A DNA stretch of 60,166 bases, filler included, from Sphacelaria rigidula (taxonomy: Eukaryota), in the NCBI GenBank assembly GCA_964200075.2. It is 8 parts of 8 records of this genome, joined end to end, with 100 filler letters (N's around TTAATTAATTAA, not from the genome) between each part and the next. Parts side by side here need not be neighbours in the genome. Positions count along the whole stretch, not along the records: positions 15,069 to 22,501 come from CAXNAA020014937.1; positions 22,602 to 30,034 come from CAXNAA020014938.1; positions 30,135 to 37,567 come from CAXNAA020014939.1; 5 more parts are not named here. One strand, 5' to 3'. Of the stretch, positions 19,101 to 30,998 are shown piece after piece. The notes under the pieces were generated by a model, which saw nothing but the letters and a program-made list of their open reading frames with translations, made no database searches and was not told the DNA's origin. The stretch's first letter is position 1; every line of letters starts with the position of its first letter. A program made the translations under genes and the position numbers.

Positions 19101-21062
19101 AACCTTCTACCGTGTTCATGAAGCACTTGTACCGTACAGCTCCCGGAGCGGACGTGTGTGTTTCGCCCCAACGTTGCCCCCTCCCCTCCCCTTTGAATAT
19201 CGCGCTGGGTGATTGCTAGCCTGGTCCGGCGAAAGCCCGGCGTGCTCCGTCCCGGCCTTGTAGGGATGCGAGGTCAAATGTTTTATAATCACGGTATGCA
19301 AGATCATGAGTACACCCCCTTCAACAACACCCCCGGTGATAAGTTTCTGCTCTTCTTGGCACTGTACGGGTACCTGCAGTATTCAACGGTGGTACGCTGT
19401 ATATTGCTTCCATCTATTACGCCAACCGCGAGTGATGATGAATGTTTCGAGTCTCGAGAACTTGTCGTCCGGGGGTGGTCAACACCGTAAGTTGGGCGGC
19501 GCACTCCGAGATGGTTTCAATCTTTTTGTGTGTCTTGTCCAATTGACCATTCGTCTACTGCGTTTTCCCTTTTCTTTCCGTCTCCGGCAGCCCTCTTCTG
19601 ATGTCGTTACCGAGTGTTTGAATCCCCTCCGGACGTCCGCAGTAATTCGTTGCCTTCCATCTCCCGTGCCTGTGTGCATTTATCGTGTGCCGTTTTTTCC
19701 CTTTTTTCTGCTGCCTTGTGTGCAGGGCATCAGCAAGAATTTGGCGAAGGAGGTGATCGTTGCGGAAGTGCGGTAAGAAAATAGGAATCCGCCCTTACCC
19801 ACGTTTCATGGTGACGGTACATACGCACTTTTCTCACTTGTGCAAAAACTCCTCACCCTTCTCTGGCGTCCAGGATAGATGGGACGACGACACACACACA
19901 CACACACTTCTCGGCACGAGTCCGTACTGTAGTCTTTCTCAAGGAATCAAACCGTCTCTATCTCTCCCGTGTTACATCCCTCGCATTTTGGTCTCGCGGG
20001 TTGGATCATGACCATTAGCACTCCTGTACTGCGTCGACGGTCGTCCAACACTCTCAGCCAAACAAACTCTGCTCACTACTCACATACGTCCTCACGCCAT
20101 TAACGACGGAAATCAGACGCTTTTGTGAAGAAAAAAGAAGGCAAATTACACGTATCTTGCCGGAATCTGACCCGCGTTTTCCCCGCCCTAATGGTGTCAG
20201 TTGTCAGTTGTAGCAATAATTCAAACCACCGGGTCGCGGTTGTTGTGAAGCCGTAATTGTTACCGATTCACTACCTCCGCATGATGCTGAGACCACGGGC
20301 TATACTGCCCCCTCACTGGTACGGTGAAAACTCGCTTGGAAATAGTATAGAGGCGGATTGTACAGGTGACGAGGCGATTTTGACTGGGTCAAACTCAAAC
20401 CCGCCTACTTGTATTGGATACTCGCACAATATCTTGTGAAGTATTCGGGTGGACAGCAAGGGAAAATGCCGTCGTGTACTCGTATGAATCCGTGTGCTGT
20501 TGCGTACGACCTTTCCCACCCGAAGCTATGTTGCAGAGGCCGGCCATTTCTAGGTTTGTTCGTTTTTCGCCTTTCTGTTTGTCTCCACTTTCCGTCAGCG
20601 AGTGTTTCCGTCTTGTTTTTATGGCGGGTACGTCTATGATGTGGATAATGACCACGACTGGATCATGACCCATGGGGCATCAGTTAACGTGTTACCGTGT
20701 CGTTGCTGTTCCTTCATGTTGCTGTTGACGCTGACATTCGTGTTGGTGTTCCGCGTTAAGCCTCAAACGTTGAGCGTTGGTCTTAGCGTTAGCGTTAGCG
20801 TTTGATTCTGTGCTTGTGTGGTTTTTAACAGCTCACGACTCGTTTTGGCTTTGGCTTGCTGTGCAGGTACAAGTCGCGCATCGAGGATGATGAACAGAAT
20901 ATATCGTCAGCCGATGGCATAGAGGAGGGGGGAGATGACTCAGACGAGGAGGGCGCGGAGGGTAAGGCGGATGCCGAGCCTGCGGAATTATGGGACCTCC
21001 TCCGACCTCTTATTGGTGACTGCGAACTGCGGTTACTCAAGTTTGACGACAAGCAGGCTCAG
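16190..21062 (+). CDS. TARS: Threonyl-tRNA synthetase, 5' part (N-terminal extension and TGS domain; 5 exons)
   Basis: Exons 16190-16304, 18105-18211, 18658-18825, 19726-19772, 20867-21062 splice in phase. EITIMLPDKTEKKGVSYQTTPMDIAK|GISKNLAKEVIVAEV...LWDLLRPLIGDCELRLLKFDD is the eukaryotic ThrRS TGS signature. The gene continues beyond the contig. Confidence 0.92.
17752..18050 (-). mobile_element. Putative SINE-like retroposed element in a ThrRS intron
   Basis: A-tail on the minus strand, T-runs on both flanks, internal GTTCGACCCC and several hairpins. Single copy in this window. Confidence 0.4.
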
Positions 21063-22501
21063 GTAGGCTTGTCTCTCGGATAATCCGCGGTACCACACTT
21101 TCCTTGAGCTCGGAACCGGGTGGGTTCGTCGAAAAGTTGCTGTAGAAATGTTCACACTCTGGATAATGACAATAGACAGCATTGGCGAAGAGTGTGCTGC
21201 GTACAGCATCGAATATTTTGTCTGTATGTGTATCGCAATAGGTAAAAGAAAAATCGTTACTGTACTACTGTACATGTTTTTCGCCAACGTAACCTAGTGT
21301 CGAGGGTATGAAAATGTTCTCGGTGAAGGATATTCTGTACTACTGTCGCTCACCACTCGTACCTGTTTTGAATGATGGATTGATGAATTGGTGGGATTGA
21401 CATAAATTTTATGCACGTGATTAACTGTTCCGAGACGAGTACAGCCGTGGTCACCAGATGAGACGTACCCCGATGTGAACTTCACCGGATCCTTCGTTGA
21501 AGAAACTCGAGAGAGAAGGAGAAAAAGAGACTGAGGGAACACAGTCGAGTCCCAACAAAAGAAATCGAACAAGAAACAAAGGGGAAGAGAAAAACACACA
21601 GTAACGACAGGCCCCGGCCGTAGATCTCAACACCCTGGAGACTGACAAAAATATTACTGTCGAAAATTGTACTGTGTACAGTATCAATTATTGCGCCTGT
21701 TTACAGCAGGCGAAACAATTCCATACTGCGCGCAGTGTATATTTTTTACAATAGAATCTCTTGTCCAGGGTGTGTAGAACACTTGGGGTTAGGAAGAAGG
21801 CTGTACCAAACGAAACAAGAGGCCGCGGAAGCGGGGAGCAGCGACTCGGATACCTGAGGGACCACATTGGTTTGGGGAAGGGACCCTCACCCACGAGTAC
21901 TGCGGGAATGAGACGCCAACATTACCATGGCGTCGAAAACAAGTGAACAGCAGCAACAGCAGCATCGATAGAGCAAAACCGAAGATGCTATTGCGGGCAC
22001 TTTAGTTGCTGCTTCCATCCCTTGGGGACGGCGGATGACGGGTGACGAGTCACCGCCCCCCCCCTGCCCCCTGCTCCTGGTAACTATTATACTCTCAATC
22101 GATCTAAAATTTTCGATATAATAATAGTGATAGTAATCGTCCCCCTTCTTTGTACACCCCTACCCCCCGCCCCCCGTAACGGTATTTCCTGCCTCGAGTC
22201 ATGCAAAGATCGCGGTATAATACTAAATTTGTGATACCTGAAGAATGAAGTCGTTGGAGAGTTCCGTGCTGGCGATGTCTTGGGGTCTGAGGTGTGTCTA
22301 GTGCAGCACACTCATGATATCATCCACCGTGACGATAATCGAAAGTTGATCATGGACCGAGGACTACACTATAGCTCACCTGTACAGTACGTAGTATACC
22401 GCTCGCCCGTCCCCCCTCGCCCCCCCTCCGGGTTGTTAGACACCCATGAGGCAGTGTAGAAGCCGTGGCTGTCTCTGGAAGGGGCGATACCACAGACTAA
22501 A

Positions 22502-22601
22502 NNNNNNNNNNNNNNNNNNNNNNNNNNNNNNNNNNNNNNNNNNNNTTAATTAATTAANNNNNNNNNNNNNNNNNNNNNNNNNNNNNNNNNNNNNNNNNNN
22601 N
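22502..22601. other. Artificial contig linker 3
   Basis: Same 100-bp spacer. Confidence 0.99.
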
Positions 22602-23123
22602 CCTCGTCGATGGGTTGGTTGAACAAATCGGCAAATGACAGATCCTGCAGAGAGGCAGGCCAGGTCACCCTCTTGATGCTTTGATTGAACCGCGATCCCG
22701 GCTCGAAACGCACACACTTTAGCTTTTCTGACCACACCACATGGCCCAGGCTTCCATCGAAGCACGCGCGGAATAGCGAGTACTCCGCGCTTGCAAGCCG
22801 GCTGTTGTGCAGTGATAGCAGTCGGGAAGACATCCCCCAAGACACCGTGAGGGCGTGGATCACAGGAATACGTTTTTTCGAGCGTGCCCGCTTGGTCGTG
22901 CTGTACAGGTCGGATGTCATACACAGCGGTAACTCCAGCGTTGGGGCGTACAGCGAGGGAGGAGTACCATTCTCCACCCTGACATGCATCCGTGAATATT
23001 CACGGCAGGAGATGCACAGGTCCATCGACGCCACCTGTAGGTTCGTCGTCGAGACGTACGCCTTATTTCCGACGAGGGATTGCTTCAGAAGGACAGCTAC
23101 GACAGCCAGGAAGGTTTCACACC
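22602..23123 (-). CDS. FNIP-repeat protein, partial (runs off contig end)
   Basis: RFNQSIKRVTWPASLQDLSFADLFNQPIDE matches the FNQPI..V.WP.SL..L.FG..FNQ repeat. Putative branch point and acceptor ctgac...ctctag at 23124-23125. Confidence 0.82.
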
Positions 23124-24556
23124 CTAGAGTAAAGTCAGCAAAGCAAGAGGAAATGTGCACAGGAATCGTTATGCACAGGAAGTTCGAAACGTTGTAAAGG
23201 TGATACGGATCTACCCATGACAAATTCCGGCACCCAAGTCACAGGCAGAGGAATGGCTTGGTGCCAACGTCCTGATACGGTGGCCTACTTCCGCTGGTCA
23301 CCAGCACCCCCCCACCCATAAACTTCACACGTGATTAACAGCAACCAAGCGAGAAAATGCGCGGTTACAGTGAGTAGCGACAATTGGCACACTTGAGTGG
23401 TACGCGTTTACACCTGCGGGTGCATCGTCCGCACAAGCCAAAGACAACACATCGCGCATGAAGAGCGAACCCACCACAGGCATTTTTCCCAGCGGCATCG
23501 TACCCGTACAAGCGCTTTTACCCCGTAAGTCTGCGCGTTGATGGGATAACCTCAACAGAGTCAACTGTATCATGCAATGCAGAGGGGCCTACAGGCATTA
23601 CTTTGTGTTATATAACGCTCCAGCGGCCGACGGCGTATCCACCAAAATCTGCACAATTTGCCACAGCAACAAGGAGGGGACTTTGTACATGCTGCCGTTT
23701 GCGATAGTTCAAGGATGTGCAGTAAAGGGTAGGTGTAACACACGGTATCAGCGTACAACTGCATCGACCGAGACATGTAAATCTGAGAAATCCCTCCTCA
23801 CGTGGTTGCTGAGTGCCTGATGCTTCGACAACCACGTCATGCTGGGCACGAGAACTCATCGCTTCGTTCGGTACGTCAGTCATTGCCCTGGCCCACCTGA
23901 ACCCGACCCTGGCTCTCGTGGGGCCTCGGGGGTATCCCCTGACTGTACCTGAAGTGCACGAGTATGTACCAGCCAACAAAGAGGAGTGGTGTGCAACATC
24001 ACGCGGTTGTGGCGACATATTTGAGGGTCGTTGCTTCTTTTCTGAACATTCTTGCTTACAATCCTGTCACCTCTGTACATTGCGTGGAACGCGATGGGAC
24101 CTGAATATCTAGTGGACCCGTCACGCACGCATCTCTGTCCTTCAGCACGTCCGTACAGGACCGGCTTTCGGTATACCAACCTCCTGACGGCTTTTAACAA
24201 ACTCCTCTTGCCACTGACACGTTAATCGTTCGGTACTAGATGCGTAGATGCCACTGCACCGACCGAAACGAGAACATAATGGTTGACTGTTTCATTGACT
24301 GATGCACGTGCGCGTGAATACCACTCGACAGACTATTCCACTATCGTGAACATGCGAAAACAAGATCGCCGGATGCACAACAGCGCACGTGTCTGGAGCG
24401 CTGCAATATTCCAACGAGGGAGACCAGCATTTAACATACTCGTACATTCGTGAACGTATACTTCGTTGCGATGTTACACGGCATGATTCAATTTCGCGGC
24501 GCAAAGGTTCACGCATCGACATGACGCAGTGCATCCGCTACAGAACGTACACTCGT

Positions 24557-24860
24557 ATAACAATGTTTTCGTGACATTGAGAGCAGAAGACACGAATGAG
24601 ACCGAGAAACGGACAATTGATGAACAGATCGTTTCAATCCCAAAATGCCCCTCCACGAGGCCCGATACGCTTTTTGTACTAGCTTGGCACTGAAGCATGC
24701 GATATCCCTGAGTAGGCTATCGACGTGCAGCTGTAAGCACACGCCAGTGTCACAGGCAGAGAAAAGCACACGCAGAACGAAAACAGCGTAAAGTGAAAGC
24801 GAATGGTCAAAGCCACTCTTTATCAACGCTCTATTCTCGATCACGCGAAACGGTTGTTAC
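24557..24860 (-). mobile_element. ~310-bp MITE copy, inverted relative to the other two
   Basis: Reverse complement of the 55175-55486 internal sequence (tgcccctccacgaggcccgata, ctgagtagg, agctgtaagcacac). Confidence 0.8.
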
Positions 24861-24864
24861 ATAT

Positions 24865-25760
24865 TGAATTCTGGACAAAGCGGTGATATGCTCTAATAAC
24901 CCCTCGCTGCATAAAATCTCAATCAGGTGAGATTTCGTTCTTGACATACTCAAGTGCCGCCCTATATACTCTATACAGTCCCGAAGGATGAAGATTACAC
25001 ACTCCTGCCCTTGTATTGCACACGCGGCCATTCGGCTACCTCGTAGAGGAATTTCCAATCGTTATCCTCGGTTCCGTCCGTTTCGAACTCCCCGCTAGAG
25101 GATCTTGGGTGTTCGCAATCCTCTAGAGGATTTTCAATGTTGGGGCCCTCGAAGGTCTGTCTCGATATTAAAGTTCCCTGGGTTGTTTTTGGAGGCCCAA
25201 GTGCTATGGAAATCTGGAATATTTTACTGTCCGAAATAAATCCTAATTCCGAATTATTGGAATCGGACAAAAATGATTCTGTGCAAATCCCATATACACT
25301 CGCAGATAGGATTTGTACACCAGAAGCTGTTCGAAATAAATCCTCATTTTGCCCGCCAATACCTGAAATTGGGAAATTGGGCAAAACAAGTTTTTTTGCG
25401 AGCAGCTTCTGCTGTTCAAGTCCCACGTACTGTACCGCGTATCAGTGGATGAGAATCGAGTGAACGCAAATTTTTTGAAAGCTTATCCTCTTGCCCACCA
25501 TTCCATATATCGATTGGGTGAGGGAATCGAAGTCTTCAACAGCCTCGGCTGGTTTCAAATCCCATACACTGAATGCGAGTGTATGTACACACAGCCATGC
25601 TCATTCGCTTTAAACACGGGATCTTACAAATTGGGGATGGATCTTTCGTTGGGGATGAGAAACCCGGAGAATTCAAATCTTTGTATCCACACCGAATCTT
25701 CGAAATATGATTCCATTTCTTCACCTGCTGATAGCTATTGACAACTGCTACACCCCATAC
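24865..25760 (-). pseudogene. Degenerate coding-like segment of unknown family
   Basis: Protein-like frames with stops and frameshifts. An SVYGI-containing motif appears twice. Confidence 0.35.
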
Positions 25761-26627
25761 GAATTTGGATTTCGATCACCGAAATGTTGAGGTCATAGAT
25801 AAAGAAACAACTTTAAGGAAGAACTGAGGCGATCAGATCGGAGGGTGAGGGTGCCAGCGCTTCCCGTCGCTGCATCGGATCCCGTTTGGGACCGTCAGAG
25901 GGGATATTCAAACTACAGCTGCCGCGGGTTCTGAATTAAAAAGAAACAGCTCCGATTCTCAAGCGTGTTGCACTACAGTAGACGAAGTATTGTTCAACAG
26001 CCCACGGCGAAACCGGTTCTCAACACAGCCACGGCGGAGGTAGCCATGCAAGGCGTGATAGCTGGTTCAGACTGGATGAAGCGCCTTGCATGGGCACTAC
26101 TAGTGAAACGACCCTAGGCGTGGGGCTAACCCTTACCCCCGTTGTGTGTGTCTGCAGCTCTATTGTGGGGCACCGGTATATCTCAGCAGACTGCTCAATG
26201 ATGATGCGTTTCAAATATCGTTGGCGTCTGCCGCCGCATTGGATCGTTTCGCTGACGGCGGTTGTCGCCGGCGCAATAGTACGGAGGTTCTCTCAGATAC
26301 TCAACAAGAGGTGCTCGAAACTCGATGACCAGTCTAAATAAGTATGTTTCCAGCATGCTTTGTTACGTGTTCCGTAGCGCTTAGGCGCAGGGAGCGGTTG
26401 CTCAAAAGATGCGGCACAATGAATGACGGTGGCTTTTCTGCAGGACTGCTCACCATCATGCTTTCGCTGCCGTGCAGAAACTTCTGCGTTAGGGGCACAT
26501 GGTCGAAAGTGGTTGCGAATCCCGAGCTTTTTGAACAAAGTAAATGAAATTTCGATGATCCGTTGAACCTCAACTGAATGTTGAACCTCAAAAACGAATC
26601 CAGGCTGTTACCTTTCGGTATATATAT

Positions 26628-26911
26628 ATAACAGCGTATTCGTGACATTGAGAGTGGCTTTGATCACTTACTTTAACTTAGCCAATTTTTCTTCCGTGTG
26701 TGCTTTTCTTTGCCTTTATCACTTGCATGAGCTCACAGCTACACGTCGATATCCTACTCAGGAATATTAAGAGCCTCAGTGGCAAGCTACTACAGAACGC
26801 ATATTGAGCCTCCAGAAGGGCATTTCGGAACTGAAACGGTTCATTCACTACTTGACCGGTTTTCACTCTGAATCGTATCCTCTACTCTCAATTTCACGAA
26901 AACACTGTTAT
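26628..26911 (+). mobile_element. ~310-bp MITE copy
   Basis: Colinear with 55175-55486. Confidence 0.8.
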
Positions 26912-28805
26912 TGTATATGTGGGCACACCAGCCGGGGTCATACAGGAGGAAGGCCAACACAGGAGCTTCTTTTCTCAAATTTGCTTTGAGTATCCCACCT
27001 TTCTTCTGCGGTGCTTGCCTTTATTTGTTATCGCGAGAGGGGTCCACCAGTCCCTTTCCCTTGTCGACCGTTAAGTCGAATTTTCTGTACCCACGACATA
27101 GTCGCCCTCCACTGTTGGGCATGGTGTGAGGGGAAGACGTTTATCGTGAAAAAAGACCGCTTGCCAACAAATGCACAAAGTAAAGACGGAAAAGTAATGT
27201 GACGGCGGATATCAGTCGCTTATATAGAAGGCGTTCTCGATGTGCGTGGTATGGGCGATAGGTCGTATTCCAGCTGTACGTCAGTCAGGATATGTTCCAG
27301 TCTGGTTTTGCAGTATCACCCTAGGCTGGTCAGTCGTGTTTAGCAACCAAGCGAGCCTAATAAGAAAGCTACCAGCCACACTAAGAGACATCCTGCTTAC
27401 AAGCAAGTCAAGAGCACCTCTTCTGCACGTGAAAGTGAGTCCCTGCTTGGCTTTATGGCGCAGTGCTTATCGGAGTCGATGGTCTGTTATTCACGAGCTC
27501 AAGGGTCATTCCTCTCGACTGCGATCGTTCAATGTGGCCAGCCGCTGACCTCGGGTCACCCCTGGCCGAGTGTGTTCTTTGAGAGTGACGCCAGTATCAC
27601 CTCGTGATCAGACTACGACATGGTGACCAATCGAGAAGACAACCAGTACTGCATAGTCGCATCGCTGTAGAGCTGTCCTGTTTTGTGTTGTGTTTGCATA
27701 CGGTGTAGAATAATATTTTCTGTTCAAGCTTGGAGTCCGCCAAGCACCGGCCAGTGTCTTTCGGACAAAGCATTGTCATGCCGTTTCGTTTCTAGAAGCA
27801 ACCATCGAGCCGGCCAGATCGCAGCTGTCTTGTGCTTTGATATTTCCCACGCCAAAGTGGCACTGTAAGTACATGCTGTCGTGCACCCTTGTACACGGCC
27901 CTCCTTGTACACGGCCCTGCGTGTTCACGGCGTGGTAACCCACGCACACCATCGCTACGATAGAATGCTGCAAACAGCATGCGATCGCCTGTGCACGAGC
28001 TTGCGCTGGAAAACGAGCGAATTTTGAAAATTCTGTTCACGCGCTTCAAGGTATTACACATTTTAAAAAAAGAGGTCTGGATGTTACTGTACAGTACAAC
28101 GTGCGCATTGTGTACTCAGTGCTTTGTAGGCTGCAGGTAAGTGCGGTTGTACCACTACTAGAGAGTGAAGTGAAGTGGCCCAATACGGTAAACGGCGAAG
28201 ATGCGTGCGCAGATTGCACATAGCCAGCAGTTGGGGGTGAAATCCACCTGGAGATGGGTATATATACAGCTGTTGATTGCTTGCGAACAGTCAGATATTG
28301 GGAGACCGCACTCCGCGTGCAATGTGCGCGGTTCAGATGTGTCTTTCATGTCACGCTCCCATTAGATCTGGTGCAGCGGTACCTACCATGTTAGCCAGGC
28401 ACGTGTTCGCATGGTGTTTGCATCATATTAGCCAGGTACGTGATCGCATGGTGTTTGCACTATACTGTGTGCTGTGGCAGCGTGTTTGCACTGTGCAACT
28501 TTGTACCGAACAGGACTGCTCGAGCAGTTGTTCGGATCATTCTGTGTAAGTCCGAATGAGTTTCTGACCAACATACGGGGCATCTGTGCTGGAGTCATCC
28601 TGGGGGCGAAACATGTTCAACGCCCGGCAAATGACGAATGGCCCCTAGTATGATTGATTGATGTGCGGCATTGTGAAAAGTCATTGCGCGGGTCATGTCG
28701 TATGGATTTGCTTCCGCTCTACGCCACAACATGTCGCCACTGCATTGTCATTGTGTCGCCACTACATTGGGATCTTCTCATTGGCCTACCTTTCTACACA
28801 TCATA

Positions 28806-28903
28806 TCGTCACTTCACTACAAGGGACCGTCACTTCACTACATGGGGCCGTCACTTCACTAGATAGGACCGTCCCTACACTTCAGACGACCGTCACTACA
28901 TGG
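28806..28903. repeat. ~21-bp tandem repeat (CCGTCACTTCACTACA.GGG.)
   Basis: 4-5 degenerate units. Confidence 0.8.
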
Positions 28904-30034
28904 GTTTCTTCACGCCGGGAAATTGGAGGCAACCAGTGCCGTTGCTCGGCAGCAGTAGATACACGGATTGTACAAGTGATTATATGCGGGGCTCATGCCT
29001 TGACTTTGTACTGTCCACCCTTTCACTACTATAGTGTATCGTCGCGTCCGGTTCCTCCCTTCGGAGTGACCTATGGTTCTATTTTATCCTTTTTTTTTTC
29101 TACTTTCGTATGTTGAGTTTTTTGGGTGGAATAATTTCATGTATCTCATTTGTTTTGGCACAACGGCCCTTATATACTTGATTGATGGGATATTTGATTC
29201 GTTACGCCAGGTTATATTTTTCCGTCCTTTTTCCCGCTACTGTGACAGTAGTGTCTCATATTTCTGTGTGTCTTTTCTTTTTTTCGCTAGAGTCCTTTCG
29301 AAAGCAGCAACTGTCATGCGGCAATGAACATCAGACGATCTCACACTAACAATACGTTCCCCCGTCCGCCCCTGCCGCTTTTGCTGTTCGATTTTGCTCG
29401 CTCCTGTCGCCCCGAACGTGCCTGCGAATGCCGCGAGTCATACCATGGTCGTTGGTATCGCATTATACCATGTTTATTTAATTCCCCGCTGGCATTTTTC
29501 TTGCTGTTGAATTTTTTCTCTTTCGCTATCACACTGTTTTATAGTAGTGATCCCTTTCCCTAATCGTCTGCATTCAGCAGTCGTAGCCCACGATGCACTA
29601 TTTGCGTCATTCTCTCCTTTCACCGACTCAATGATTTTTTTCCCCTTTTGCCCCCCTGTCTGCCGTATGGTACCCCTTGATTTTCTGCCGTTTTTCTCCT
29701 CTCTTTTTACATTTTCAGTTATATTCTCTCTACTCCTCGTGGCAATTTTACTCAACAGTCATCTTTGCTATTTTTTGTTTTTTCTACTTTCATGTTGCAA
29801 GCGTACAGCCCCGCCTGTCCATGGTGTTTTTTCGGCAAATGTTTTGCTAGAGCCATTGCCTGACGCACGAAAGTACACCCCAGGTACATTTGTCTTGAGA
29901 AACCCGCGATGGTAAACTCCAGGGACGACCACTACGCGCAACGTAAGCCAACTCGGGATAGAGTGATGCTACGGTAGGGGTACAGCAATAATTTCTGAGG
30001 TTAGAATTGTTAGGAGCCCCTTATCTCATCCAAA

Positions 30035-30134
30035 NNNNNNNNNNNNNNNNNNNNNNNNNNNNNNNNNNNNNNNNNNNNTTAATTAATTAANNNNNNNNNN
30101 NNNNNNNNNNNNNNNNNNNNNNNNNNNNNNNNNN
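30035..30134. other. Artificial contig linker 4
   Basis: Same 100-bp spacer. Confidence 0.99.
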
Positions 30135-30998
30135 CGAAGGCACGTCGCAGCTGTGATTGTTGATGCTCTACTTGTCGCTCAGGAAGAGAGAGACGGAGAA
30201 AAAAAAAAAAATCCCCTCGGACGATTTCACCATGGTCTCGTCGCAAAAATGTTGTCATGCTGTGCTGTGCTGTATTGTCTATACTGTGCGGCGTTGAGTT
30301 CCGCTCCCGCCAAATCGGGCAGCACGCATCTCGAAGCGATACGGCCGTCCTTCGCGGCGTTGGGTTAGCGACACAATCAGCGGGTGGCTGGCTCTCTGGT
30401 ACCCACGGTAGCTGTGAGGTTGACGGGGGTGTATCGCTCACTCACGGTCTACGGACGTGCCAACTAACCGTGACCATAACGTCTGGTATTGACAATGACC
30501 GGTGACTGTGTTTTTGAGCATCTCTGCTAGAGAAGCAAGCCAGATGCTGTCATTCACATCAACGATGTAGTACTCGTCCATGTACAAAAAGTTCGTGCGT
30601 TTGCTCTGCCTATGCTGCGCATAAGAGAAAGGATTCCTGGAGCTGAACCGTTCCCCTGCTTTCAGCAACAGTACAGTTGTCCTGCACAGGTGTGTGGGAG
30701 GGGGGGGGAGGGGGGGGGGGGGTACTGATTTGTTGCTTGCCGTAGTCGTTCGACCGTTGACAACGCACCCCTTTCGAGATGAACCGAGGGGGGAAGAGGG
30801 GGGGAATCGAGTAAACAAGATAAAGAAACACTGCGACTTCATCGTGGGTGTAACACTCCCTCCCTCCCTGCCACCGGTCGTTACCATCACCATCAAATCG
30901 GCTGGAAAAAGTTGCATTTTTGTCACATACATAAACAAAGAAGAGGGGGAAAAGAAATGAAGGAGAGGTAGGTAAAAAAGGCGAGCGGCGGCACTTGC

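Noticed and set aside
20768-20803. Telomere-like (TTAGCG)n; also GGTTAGGGTCAGGG near 56431
   Set aside because: Only a few units, internal to an intron or a MITE
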